The notes under the pieces: model-generated | Told to the model about the DNA's origin: nothing | Databases searched by the model: none | The model's input: the letters and a program-made list of their open reading frames with translations, nothing else | Position numbers and translations under genes: made by a program | Shown here: piece by piece, positions 1-7,984 of the stretch | How the letters are laid out: each line of letters starts with the position of its first letter | Position numbering within the stretch: the stretch's first letter is position 1 | From: a cyanobacterium endosymbiont of Epithemia turgida isolate EtSB Lake Yunoko | GTDB taxonomy: Bacteria > Cyanobacteriota > Cyanobacteriia > Cyanobacteriales > Microcystaceae | Reading direction: 5' to 3' | DNA length: 32,000 nt | Assembly: GCF_000829235.1 (NCBI RefSeq) | Contig: NZ_AP012549.1 | Location: forward strand, 1,320,001-1,352,000

Positions 1-234
1 AATTAGAAAAAATCGTATTGTTCTCAAAAGAGAAGGATGAATATAATTAAGCTGTCCAATTATACCTAGTATTAGGCTTAGAGAAACCGAACTAAAACTA
101 ACAAGAAAAAATTTATCTCTTCTTAGGTTTAAAAAAAAATAAATATCTCTAAAAAGAGAATGACCTTGATACACTAAAATGGTAAAAATTAATAATATTA
201 GTCCAAAAATAAAACTTACTATAGGAATTAACAT
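1..234 (-). CDS. Polytopic membrane protein, 5' part only (the CDS runs off the left edge). Paralogue of the 614-aa protein at 11919..13763
   Basis: Not in the supplied ORF track because it has no stop in the window. My translation of the minus strand from the ATG at 234..232 is MLIPIVSFIFGLILLIFTILVYQGHSLFRDIYFFLNLRRDKFFLVSFSSVSLSLILGIIGQLNYIHPSLLRTIRFFLI, and it stays open to base 1. It aligns without gaps to the N-terminus of 11919..13763 (MLVPLLSLILGIALLSMTLLVYSG...MALILGIIGYFNYFDTSFLRIIRICLG), at roughly 40% identity counted by hand. Confidence 0.55.
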   Translation of the reverse strand, partial: MLIPIVSFIFGLILLIFTILVYQGHSLFRDIYFFLNLRRDKFFLVSFSSVSLSLILGIIGQLNYIHPSLLRTIRFFLI

Positions 235-268
235 AATCTGTAACAGAACTAATAATAGTCATCAATAC

Positions 269-1651
269 TTAATTATTTAGCTTAACCGACTGTATTTGTT
301 TCCCGACAAAATCTCCAATTTTTCGACCTTCACGAATTGCATAATTAGTTCCTCTATCTTCAGGATAAATTTGGGACATTGTACAAATGTAGAAGTTTTT
401 TAAGGGAGTTGTTGCCTCAGGAATCAATTGACTATAGTGATTTAAAACAATGGGTTGTGAGTATCGTGCTTTCCAGAGATGATAGTCAATAATCCAGTCA
501 CGACTGAATTCAGGAAACATTTTTGTTAAATAAGGAATTGAGTAATTTAAAGCTTCTTCATCATTGATGTTATACAGGTTTTCTGTTTCCAGTAAATATT
601 TAGATAGATAAATAATATGTCGTCCACCATAGGTTTCTTGAGATTCCAAGTTAGTATGTTCAATTACTCCTACAAAAGGAAAATTAGGGTCATTAACATT
701 AAGCCAATAGGTTTTAGATAAACTGCGATTTAGTTCTAATACCAAACAAACATTAGCTAAATATTGAACTTGTCGAAGTCGGTCAACATATTCAGAACTA
801 ACGTGAGGAGCAAGCAGATCAGCAATAATCGGTAAAGCAGGGGTCGCAATCACTGCATCGACATTAATGAGTCCCTGTGAGGTTTGAATTGCCACTACAT
901 AGTCGCTTTTTACTACTAATCCTTGCACAGTTATATTAGTCTTTATTTCACCACCGTTAAGGGAAATTTCAGTCTCTAAACGTTCAGCTAAAGCGGCAAA
1001 TCCTCCGCGATAATAAGCCAACATTTCTCCACCATCTTTATTGCGACTTCCTCCTCGTAACTTAACTTTATTCCAAAACCAAACTGCAGAGATACTCTCA
1101 GCAAACATGCCAAATTTTCCTCTTAGCAAAGGTTCCCAAACTATCTGATAAACTTGTTTGCCACAAATTTTTAATAACCATTTGTGAGCATTAATTGATT
1201 CTAATTTTTTCCAATTTTTAAGGCGACGAACCCAGAGGATAAAAAATCCTAAACGAATTCGATTAAATAAGTGTAAAGGCTTAAATGTTAGTAAATCTAA
1301 GGGAGAACTCAAGTTAAAAAAATTGTTAGCGTAGTAAATTCCTGTGCGAGTGGTACGGTAAGTAACTTGATCTTCAACATTTAGTTCTTTGACTAATTCC
1401 ATTAGATATTTATCATTAGTAAACCAATGATGGTAAAATTTCTCTATTTTTTCTCCATTAACTTCAAAACTTCCTGCTAACCCGCCTACTTCTTTCTCTT
1501 TTTCCAGAACAGTTACTCTATATCCTTGAAGAGTTAATTGGTAAGCGGCTGTTAATCCAGTAAATCCTCCACCAATAATGGCAATATGAGAAGTAATTTT
1601 ATTGCGATTGTTTGAAAAATAGTGATGGTCAATAGATGAGTTGTCTAACAT
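269..1651 (-). CDS. FAD/NAD(P)-binding oxidoreductase of the amine-oxidase / phytoene-desaturase / protoporphyrinogen-oxidase-like fold
   Basis: 460-aa ORF. The N-terminal dinucleotide-binding motif is IAIIGGGFTGLTAAYQL...VTVLEKEKEVGGLAGS. The C-terminal YPEDRGTNYAIREGRKIG is typical of this flavoprotein superfamily. The local block HHWFTNDKYLMELV resembles the HIFHTNDKYIWDYV block I recall from UDP-galactopyranose mutase (from memory, not searched). Substrate unknown. Confidence 0.85.
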   Translation of the reverse strand: MLDNSSIDHHYFSNNRNKITSHIAIIGGGFTGLTAAYQLTLQGYRVTVLEKEKEVGGLAGSFEVNGEKIEKFYHHWFTNDKYLMELVKELNVEDQVTYRTTRTGIYYANNFFNLSSPLDLLTFKPLHLFNRIRLGFFILWVRRLKNWKKLESINAHKWLLKICGKQVYQIVWEPLLRGKFGMFAESISAVWFWNKVKLRGGSRNKDGGEMLAYYRGGFAALAERLETEISLNGGEIKTNITVQGLVVKSDYVVAIQTSQGLINVDAVIATPALPIIADLLAPHVSSEYVDRLRQVQYLANVCLVLELNRSLSKTYWLNVNDPNFPFVGVIEHTNLESQETYGGRHIIYLSKYLLETENLYNINDEEALNYSIPYLTKMFPEFSRDWIIDYHLWKARYSQPIVLNHYSQLIPEATTPLKNFYICTMSQIYPEDRGTNYAIREGRKIGDFVGKQIQSVKLNN

Positions 1652-1940
1652 AAAAAAAATTATAAAAGATCATGAATGAGTTATTTAGTTAGTTTTGAGA
1701 TAGTATCTCTCAGTTTTATGAGGTACACTTCAATAGTATGTTTTTTATGTTCTTTAACACTAGAAAGTAGTCTACTCTACGAACGTGGAAACTGACATAT
1801 TAAGACTTAGACTTTAAATATGAACAGTGGCATGAACTAGAACGCTGTTACAACAAACAAGATAGTCATAGCCTTTCCAACAGAATGTTTATTCACCTTC
1901 TAACGTTTACTAAATTAAAGACAATTACTATTGGAAGTTT

Positions 1941-2885
1941 TTATGATTCGGTAATTTTTTTTTCAAAACCTAATCGTTCTCGAACTAAGTATAAAGGACG
2001 TTGTTTATTTTCTCGATAAATGCGACCAATATATTCACCAATCACTCCTAAGAAGACTAATTGAATTCCTCCAATAAATAATACAGAGATAAAAAGCAAT
2101 GTCCATCCTGGAACCCAAATTGAGGTAAACAAACGAAGAACTAAAGCATAAATAATACCAATCAAAGAGAATCCAAAGGTAAAAATACCAATCCAAATAG
2201 CCATTCTTAAGGGAACTAAGGAGAAAGAAAGAATAGCATCAATAGCAAAACGTATCATTTTCCACAAAGAATACTTGCTTACACCCGCTAGTCTAGGAGA
2301 TCTTTGGTAAGGAATGGCAATTTGTCGAAAACCAACCCAACTAATCATTCCCCTCAAAAAGCGATCACGTTCGGGCATTATTTTCAAGGCTTCAACTACT
2401 TGGCGATCCATTAAACGAAAATCTCCAGTATCAAGAGGAATTTGAACATCGGATAGGTAATTAATTAGTCGATAGAAGACTTTCGCACTCCAACGTTTAA
2501 AGACAGTTTCTCCTGTTCTTTCCGTTCGGATTCCATAGGCAACATGATACCCTTTACACCATTGGTAGACCATTTCTTCAATCACTTCGGGAGGATCTTG
2601 TAAATCTGCATCAATTAAGACGATGGCATCCCCGACTGCATGGTCTAAACCGGCAGTCACAGCCATTTGATGTCCAAAATTGCGGGATAATAAAATGGCG
2701 TGGACTCTTGGATCAGCTTGTTGCAATTGACGCAGCAAATGAGGAGTTTGATCATGACTACCATCATCAACATAAATTAGTTCAAATTGGGGAGTGAGAT
2801 GTTCAATAACACTTACTAAGCGATGATTAGTGTCGTTGATGACTTCCTCTTCGTTGTAGCAGGGAATAATTACCGAAATAAACAA
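1941..2885 (-). CDS. GT2 polyprenyl-phosphate sugar synthase (DPM1/ArnC/GtrB type)
   Basis: 314 aa. GT-A motifs are ISVIIPCYNEEE, DDGSHD and the DxD-type IDADLQDPPE. Two C-terminal TM helices and a GEYIGRIYRENKQRPLY tail follow, which is the architecture of membrane-anchored polyprenyl-phosphate hexose or aminosugar transferases. Confidence 0.9.
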   Translation of the reverse strand: MFISVIIPCYNEEEVINDTNHRLVSVIEHLTPQFELIYVDDGSHDQTPHLLRQLQQADPRVHAILLSRNFGHQMAVTAGLDHAVGDAIVLIDADLQDPPEVIEEMVYQWCKGYHVAYGIRTERTGETVFKRWSAKVFYRLINYLSDVQIPLDTGDFRLMDRQVVEALKIMPERDRFLRGMISWVGFRQIAIPYQRSPRLAGVSKYSLWKMIRFAIDAILSFSLVPLRMAIWIGIFTFGFSLIGIIYALVLRLFTSIWVPGWTLLFISVLFIGGIQLVFLGVIGEYIGRIYRENKQRPLYLVRERLGFEKKITES

Positions 2886-3211
2886 ATCTAGTTTCTCCTT
2901 GAGGTGATAGATTAAGGCGTTTTATTTTAAACAAAAAGCTTCAACTCCCAATAACCCTGATTTTTTAGTTCTAATGTTTTTATCAATATCAACACAACCT
3001 TTTTAGTTAGCTAAACTTAATTAAGTCTTTTTCTAAAATTTTTCCGGATGGAATCAGCAAACTGACTTGCTATTCTACTCTAAGTTGGCTTAATTGACGA
3101 TCTATTCAGTCTTAATGTATAAAATAATTCAGACAATGGGCAACACTAGTTTGTATTTTATGATTATTTTTGAGACTCTAGCTAAGTCATTACTTTGATC
3201 TTATTACTTTT

Positions 3212-5008
3212 ATGAATTTTAAAGAAATAAATTTATATACTTTACTCAACAGGCTAATTTTTATAGCGTTGGTATTAGTATATTTTATATTAGGAATTTA
3301 TCTAATTAGTCAAACTTCTATTACGTCTGACGAGCCTGCTTATATTGGAGCAGCTTATGCTTATACTCAAGGATTAGGTTTAAATCAAGAACATCCTCTT
3401 TTTTTTAAATTAGTTAATTCTTTAATTATTAACCTATTTTTTTCTGATTATAATATAATAGTTCCTTCTATAAATATTATTAGTGGCGAAGAAAACAGGG
3501 AAGTCCGTCTAGCTGCTTTTAATCTTGGTTATAGTTTTTTACTAGAACGTCCAGAAAATTTTAAAAAACTTATGTTTATTTTAAGATTTTGTTATTTATT
3601 TATAAATAGCATATTTTTAATATGGATGTATTTTTTTACTTTTTGTATTCCACAAATACCTACCAGTGTCTCTATTTGTTTAGGAATATTATATGTATTT
3701 TCTCCTAGTTTTTATAGCCATAATTTTTTAATGTCTTTTGATGTTTCTGTTAGTATTTATGCCTTGTCATCTATTTGGACAATAATCATCATAATCCGTC
3801 AATTAGAAAAATTTAAAAATTCAGAATTAATCATTTGTTTTTTTATCCTCAACCTTCTTTTTTTTCTTGCAATTAATGCTAAATTTAGTAATCTTATTTT
3901 AGTTCCAATAATTTTATTTGCTTACTCAATCAGTTTAATCTATCTTTTAAGAAAAAATCTGAAAAATTTAGCTATTAAATTTGGTATTTTAGGGTTTATT
4001 AGTTTATTTATACAGCCGATATTAATTATTTTTATGTACCGCTATGCTTTTCGTAATTTATCTAATCAATCAATTATTGATAATATACAGCGTTATATAC
4101 AGGGAATTCAAATGAATTTAAGTACAGCAGGAGGAATTCGCAAACCTTTCTGGTACGAAGATTTTACCCCGATAACTTCTTTAGAATATCTAAATAAAAT
4201 ATTCTGGTTTAAAGAAAATCCTGCTCTCTTTATTATCACTATAGTGATAATTATTATTCTGATTACCCAACTAATAATTGAGCGTATTAATGTTAAACAT
4301 TGTATTCAAAAATTATTGAACATAAGAAGAAATAAATATAAACTATACTTATTTTTCTTAGGAGTATCTTATCCGTTAATTTATTTAAAGTTAACATATA
4401 ACAGTCGCTTTATTATTGGCTACCGATATTTTTATCCTTTGATTATTTTTATTTATTTTGGTATTGCTTATCTTACAGTTTTTCTTGACAAGAAATGGCA
4501 AAAATATTTTTTAATAGGTAGTTTTAGTCTATATATTTATTTTGGATTATTAGGAATTCCTCAATCTTTGAGTTATGTTAATCCTCTATGGACTTCAGAA
4601 AAATGGCGTTTAGCAGACGATTCAACTATTAATTGGGGACAAGAAACCCAGCATGCCGTTAACTATCTACTTACCAATTACCTTTTGCCAGAAAAAAATA
4701 TTGATACTATTGTCTATAAAACCTTCGGGGTTAACATCAACTTTGTTCAGTATTTATATTTATTAAGCCAAGAAAAAAATTACGCAATTGACATTCAATC
4801 TTATTACAGTTATGATTATTTCAATCCAGAAATTACAGATATTACTCAATTAAATGTAAAATATTTATTAATTGATAGTACGGTTAAACAACAAATTATT
4901 TCCCGAATTTTTTATAATCCTATAGTGGAAAAAAACTGGGGATTTTTAGCTAATAACATCCCCATTTACTCACGAAATGACATAATTTTTATTTATCAAC
5001 TTAGATAA
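3212..5008 (+). CDS. ArnT/PMT-like GT-C fold membrane glycosyltransferase (candidate)
   Basis: 598 aa with many hydrophobic segments. The first extracytoplasmic loop carries SDEPAYIGAAYAY...EHPLFFKL, like the DE / HPPL-type motif of lipid-carrier-dependent GT39/GT83-like enzymes. Composition is very rich in I/L/F/N/Y. It is the first gene of a + strand block with 3-21 nt intergenic gaps. Confidence 0.7.
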   Translation: MNFKEINLYTLLNRLIFIALVLVYFILGIYLISQTSITSDEPAYIGAAYAYTQGLGLNQEHPLFFKLVNSLIINLFFSDYNIIVPSINIISGEENREVRLAAFNLGYSFLLERPENFKKLMFILRFCYLFINSIFLIWMYFFTFCIPQIPTSVSICLGILYVFSPSFYSHNFLMSFDVSVSIYALSSIWTIIIIIRQLEKFKNSELIICFFILNLLFFLAINAKFSNLILVPIILFAYSISLIYLLRKNLKNLAIKFGILGFISLFIQPILIIFMYRYAFRNLSNQSIIDNIQRYIQGIQMNLSTAGGIRKPFWYEDFTPITSLEYLNKIFWFKENPALFIITIVIIIILITQLIIERINVKHCIQKLLNIRRNKYKLYLFFLGVSYPLIYLKLTYNSRFIIGYRYFYPLIIFIYFGIAYLTVFLDKKWQKYFLIGSFSLYIYFGLLGIPQSLSYVNPLWTSEKWRLADDSTINWGQETQHAVNYLLTNYLLPEKNIDTIVYKTFGVNINFVQYLYLLSQEKNYAIDIQSYYSYDYFNPEITDITQLNVKYLLIDSTVKQQIISRIFYNPIVEKNWGFLANNIPIYSRNDIIFIYQLR

Positions 5009-5011
5009 CCA

Positions 5012-7219
5012 ATGACTCTTAAATTAAATTTACGAATATTGCGATTCACGTCGTTGCCTAAATTATGGATTAATCGTTATCGTGAGAATTTATTAATAAT
5101 CTTTCTTTATAGCATGATTGCTATTGGTTTAATGGGACCTATGGCTTCAGATTCTATTATTTTTTCTACAGGAGAAACCCAAGCCCATTTAGCCTACCTT
5201 ATCCAAGGAAGAATGGCTTTAGAAGAGGGGCAATTCCCTTTGCGAATTGCTCCCTATGAAAACAATGGTTTACGTTATGCCAGCTTTCAATTCTACAGCC
5301 AGATTCCGTATACATTAGGGGGATTAATTTACAAATTTATTACCCCTAATAATCCCTATACAGCATATAAAATCATGCTATGGGGAGCCTTACTTATTGG
5401 GGGACTATTTATTTATCGTCTTAGTCGTTGGTTAACTAGTAATCGAATCGCTGCTATTTTAGCGGGATTATCTTATATGTCAGCCCCCTATTTCCTCAAC
5501 ACGGTCCATGCCCGTGGGGCATTTCCTGAAGCAATCGCTCAAGGGATTTTACCTATCGTTTTATACTACATCATTCGCAGTTATAATAGTCCAAAAATTT
5601 ATTATATTTTGCTCAGCAGCATAGCTTGGTTTGCTCTAGCAACAACTCATATTATCACTTTTATTTATGGCTCTTTATTTTTTGGTATCTTGGGATTTTT
5701 ACTTTTTCTAAAGCAACCAAAAACTCATACTTCAAGAAAACAGTTAGCTAGAGTGACTATAAGTCATATTTTAGGCTGGCTTCTGGGGATGTACTTTCTC
5801 ATGCCTGTTGTCTTGGAATCGAAGTACGTTAGTATGCGATTTTATGTAGATCAAATTAGTCCTTATGTCACAAATTGGATGACTCCCTTAGCTAACTTAC
5901 TTTCTCCTACTGCTCTTCCACCCACCCCTACAGGAGAAGGAATTACTTATGGGTTAACCCCTGCCGTCGGATGGGTTTTTCTGACTGCTTGGGGAGTCGT
6001 TCTTTATTACTATTCTTCCTCAAAAACTTTGCCCCCTGGTTTGAGTCCCAATCGTATCTATATTTTTGCGCTTCTTTATATTTTTCCCTTGGCTTTATTT
6101 ATTACCTGGAGTCCTATAAATTTTTGGCATTTATTACCAAAATCATTGTGGGTGACACAATTTACTTTTCGTTTTCTAACCCATGTTATGTGGAGTGGGG
6201 CATTATTAGTAGGGTATGCTTCTATTTTTTTATTTAAACGCCATTTGAATAGCCGTCATTTATTAATAGGAATTTTATTAATTGTCATAGCCAATCGTTC
6301 TTGGTTACCGATTCCTAAAGGCAGTATCACCGTCAATGAAGTACTTGAAGATCCTAAATTTGGTTATTCAGGGGCCGTTGATTATCTAAATCGTAGTTCG
6401 GTAGATACCTTATATGGCAATGCTCAATTGCCTTTATTGTCCAATACTTGGATTCCAGGTCATGAAAGCTGGAATCATATTGATAAGAGGCTATTGCCAG
6501 TGGTCTTAGAAAATGAACGTAGTTGGCGAATTCTACCCATATGGAAAAAAACAGATAACCCTGTCCTCATTTTGGAAGGAAAGGTAGTTCAAGATACTGT
6601 ACCTACTAATCCAACCACTTTATTGGTAACGGTATTAGAGCTACATTCGGACGAAAATAAAGAAATTATTGGCGAAATATCTTTGAATAAACCTAGGATA
6701 AGTGCGCGAATTCCTTTCACTTCAGAGAAGCTAAAGAATTTAGAATTTCATGAAGGACTATTCCGTCTTCAGTTCATTGTCAAAGGAAATATTGAGCAAG
6801 GTCAACGCCCTAAAATTGAACTTGATAATTTTGTTTTTGAAGGAATGTCTTTTGAAGATACTATCATTCCTCTTGATGTAACCAGAGATCAATGTACGTC
6901 ACGAGGAATTAAAACCTTTTGCGAAGTATCTGTAGGAGAACAGGCGCGAGTGGTTCAACTTCCAGCGATGTACTATCCTAGAATGCAACAGGTAAAAATT
7001 GATGGAAGACTAGTCGACTATTTTCCTGTCAACTATTATGACTATAATCTAGTCGGTCTGCGTCTGAAACCTGGCAACCATAATATGCAAGTTATCTTTG
7101 TTGGATTGGACTGGGCTAACTCAATTAGTTTTGTTGCTTGGCTTAGTGTTATTGTAATTACAATAACTTTAAACACAAATAATATCAAGAAAATGTCTAA
7201 TAAAATTATCAAAAAGTAA
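5012..7219 (+). CDS. YfhO / PTPS-related-like polytopic membrane protein (putative GT-C glycosyltransferase), copy 1
   Basis: 735 aa. The multi-TM N-terminal core contains HLAYLIQGRMALEEGQFPLRIAP...FQFYSQIPY. The C-terminal soluble part ends in VVQLPAMYYPRMQQVKIDGRLVDYFPVNYYDYNLVGLRLKPGNHNMQVIF, followed by a final TM helix. I associate that tail pattern with YfhO and 6-pyruvoyl-tetrahydropterin-synthase-related membrane proteins (from memory). The gap to the upstream CDS is 3 nt. Confidence 0.75.
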   Translation: MTLKLNLRILRFTSLPKLWINRYRENLLIIFLYSMIAIGLMGPMASDSIIFSTGETQAHLAYLIQGRMALEEGQFPLRIAPYENNGLRYASFQFYSQIPYTLGGLIYKFITPNNPYTAYKIMLWGALLIGGLFIYRLSRWLTSNRIAAILAGLSYMSAPYFLNTVHARGAFPEAIAQGILPIVLYYIIRSYNSPKIYYILLSSIAWFALATTHIITFIYGSLFFGILGFLLFLKQPKTHTSRKQLARVTISHILGWLLGMYFLMPVVLESKYVSMRFYVDQISPYVTNWMTPLANLLSPTALPPTPTGEGITYGLTPAVGWVFLTAWGVVLYYYSSSKTLPPGLSPNRIYIFALLYIFPLALFITWSPINFWHLLPKSLWVTQFTFRFLTHVMWSGALLVGYASIFLFKRHLNSRHLLIGILLIVIANRSWLPIPKGSITVNEVLEDPKFGYSGAVDYLNRSSVDTLYGNAQLPLLSNTWIPGHESWNHIDKRLLPVVLENERSWRILPIWKKTDNPVLILEGKVVQDTVPTNPTTLLVTVLELHSDENKEIIGEISLNKPRISARIPFTSEKLKNLEFHEGLFRLQFIVKGNIEQGQRPKIELDNFVFEGMSFEDTIIPLDVTRDQCTSRGIKTFCEVSVGEQARVVQLPAMYYPRMQQVKIDGRLVDYFPVNYYDYNLVGLRLKPGNHNMQVIFVGLDWANSISFVAWLSVIVITITLNTNNIKKMSNKIIKK

Positions 7220-7240
7220 TGAAGCAATTTGGGAAGTTAT

Positions 7241-7972
7241 ATGGGTGAATGTTTGCAAAATAATCGGTATCATTATACGGGATCAGAACTGGAAATTGCC
7301 CGTGAAGCAAAAAACTGGAAAACTTATTTTTGTAATCTAATTGAGCAGTATCTAGGCAATGAAGTTTTGGAAGTGGGTGCTGGGATGGGAGGAACAACTA
7401 AAGTTCTTTGCAAGAACCATCATAAGCACTGGGTTTGTTTAGAACCAGATATTCAATTAGCATCTACTATTCAAGATTTTATTTCTCAAGGAGAGTTGCC
7501 CAATTTTTGTTTAGTTAAAAATGGAACTTTAATTGATCTGAAAAATTCAGACCAGTTTGATTCTTTAATCTATATAGATGTTTTAGAACATATTAAGGAT
7601 GATAAGAACGAGGTTTATTTGGCAACTAATTACCTCAAAATAGGAGGATATTTGATTATTCTTTGTCCAGCTCATCAATGGCTTTTTACTTCTTTCGATC
7701 TAGCTCTTGGTCATTACCGCCGCTATGATAAAGAAACTTTATTATCAATAATGCCTGATAATTTGGACTGTCAAAAACTCAACTATTTAGATTCTGTTGG
7801 AATACTAGCTTCTTTAGGAAATCGCTTTTTTTTAAAGAGTTCTAATCCAACCTCCAAACAAATTCAATTCTGGGATACTTTGATGGTTCCTTTGTCGACA
7901 AAAATCGATCCTTTAATTAGATATTCCTTAGGTAAATCAATTTTAGGGATTTGGAAAAAGATTAATAATTAA
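7241..7972 (+). CDS. Class I SAM-dependent methyltransferase
   Basis: SAM-binding motif I is LEVGAGMGGTT, followed by DSLIYIDVLEHIKD and GGYLIILCP blocks. The ORF track opens at TTG 7229. I prefer the first ATG at 7241, which is preceded by GGGAAG. The gene lies between the two YfhO/PTPS-like paralogues. Confidence 0.85.
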   Translation: MGECLQNNRYHYTGSELEIAREAKNWKTYFCNLIEQYLGNEVLEVGAGMGGTTKVLCKNHHKHWVCLEPDIQLASTIQDFISQGELPNFCLVKNGTLIDLKNSDQFDSLIYIDVLEHIKDDKNEVYLATNYLKIGGYLIILCPAHQWLFTSFDLALGHYRRYDKETLLSIMPDNLDCQKLNYLDSVGILASLGNRFFLKSSNPTSKQIQFWDTLMVPLSTKIDPLIRYSLGKSILGIWKKINN

Positions 7973-7984
7973 GGATAATTTTTA

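Noticed and set aside
5971-6237. 88-aa + strand ORF inside 5012..7219. Its counterpart is the 101-aa ORF at 9037..9342 inside 7985..10111, and the two share blocks such as IVG..IY....PCYV.WGII.R
   Set aside because: Both are alternative frames of the two paralogous CDSs at homologous positions. Their similarity follows automatically from the nucleotide similarity of the host genes (WVTQFTFR..THVMWSGALL region). There is no independent evidence for overlapping genes.
7042-7397. 61-aa (7042..7227) and 62-aa (7209..7397) minus-strand ORFs
   Set aside because: They are antisense to the 3' end of the 735-aa CDS and the 5' end of the methyltransferase. They have no motifs and a low-complexity composition.
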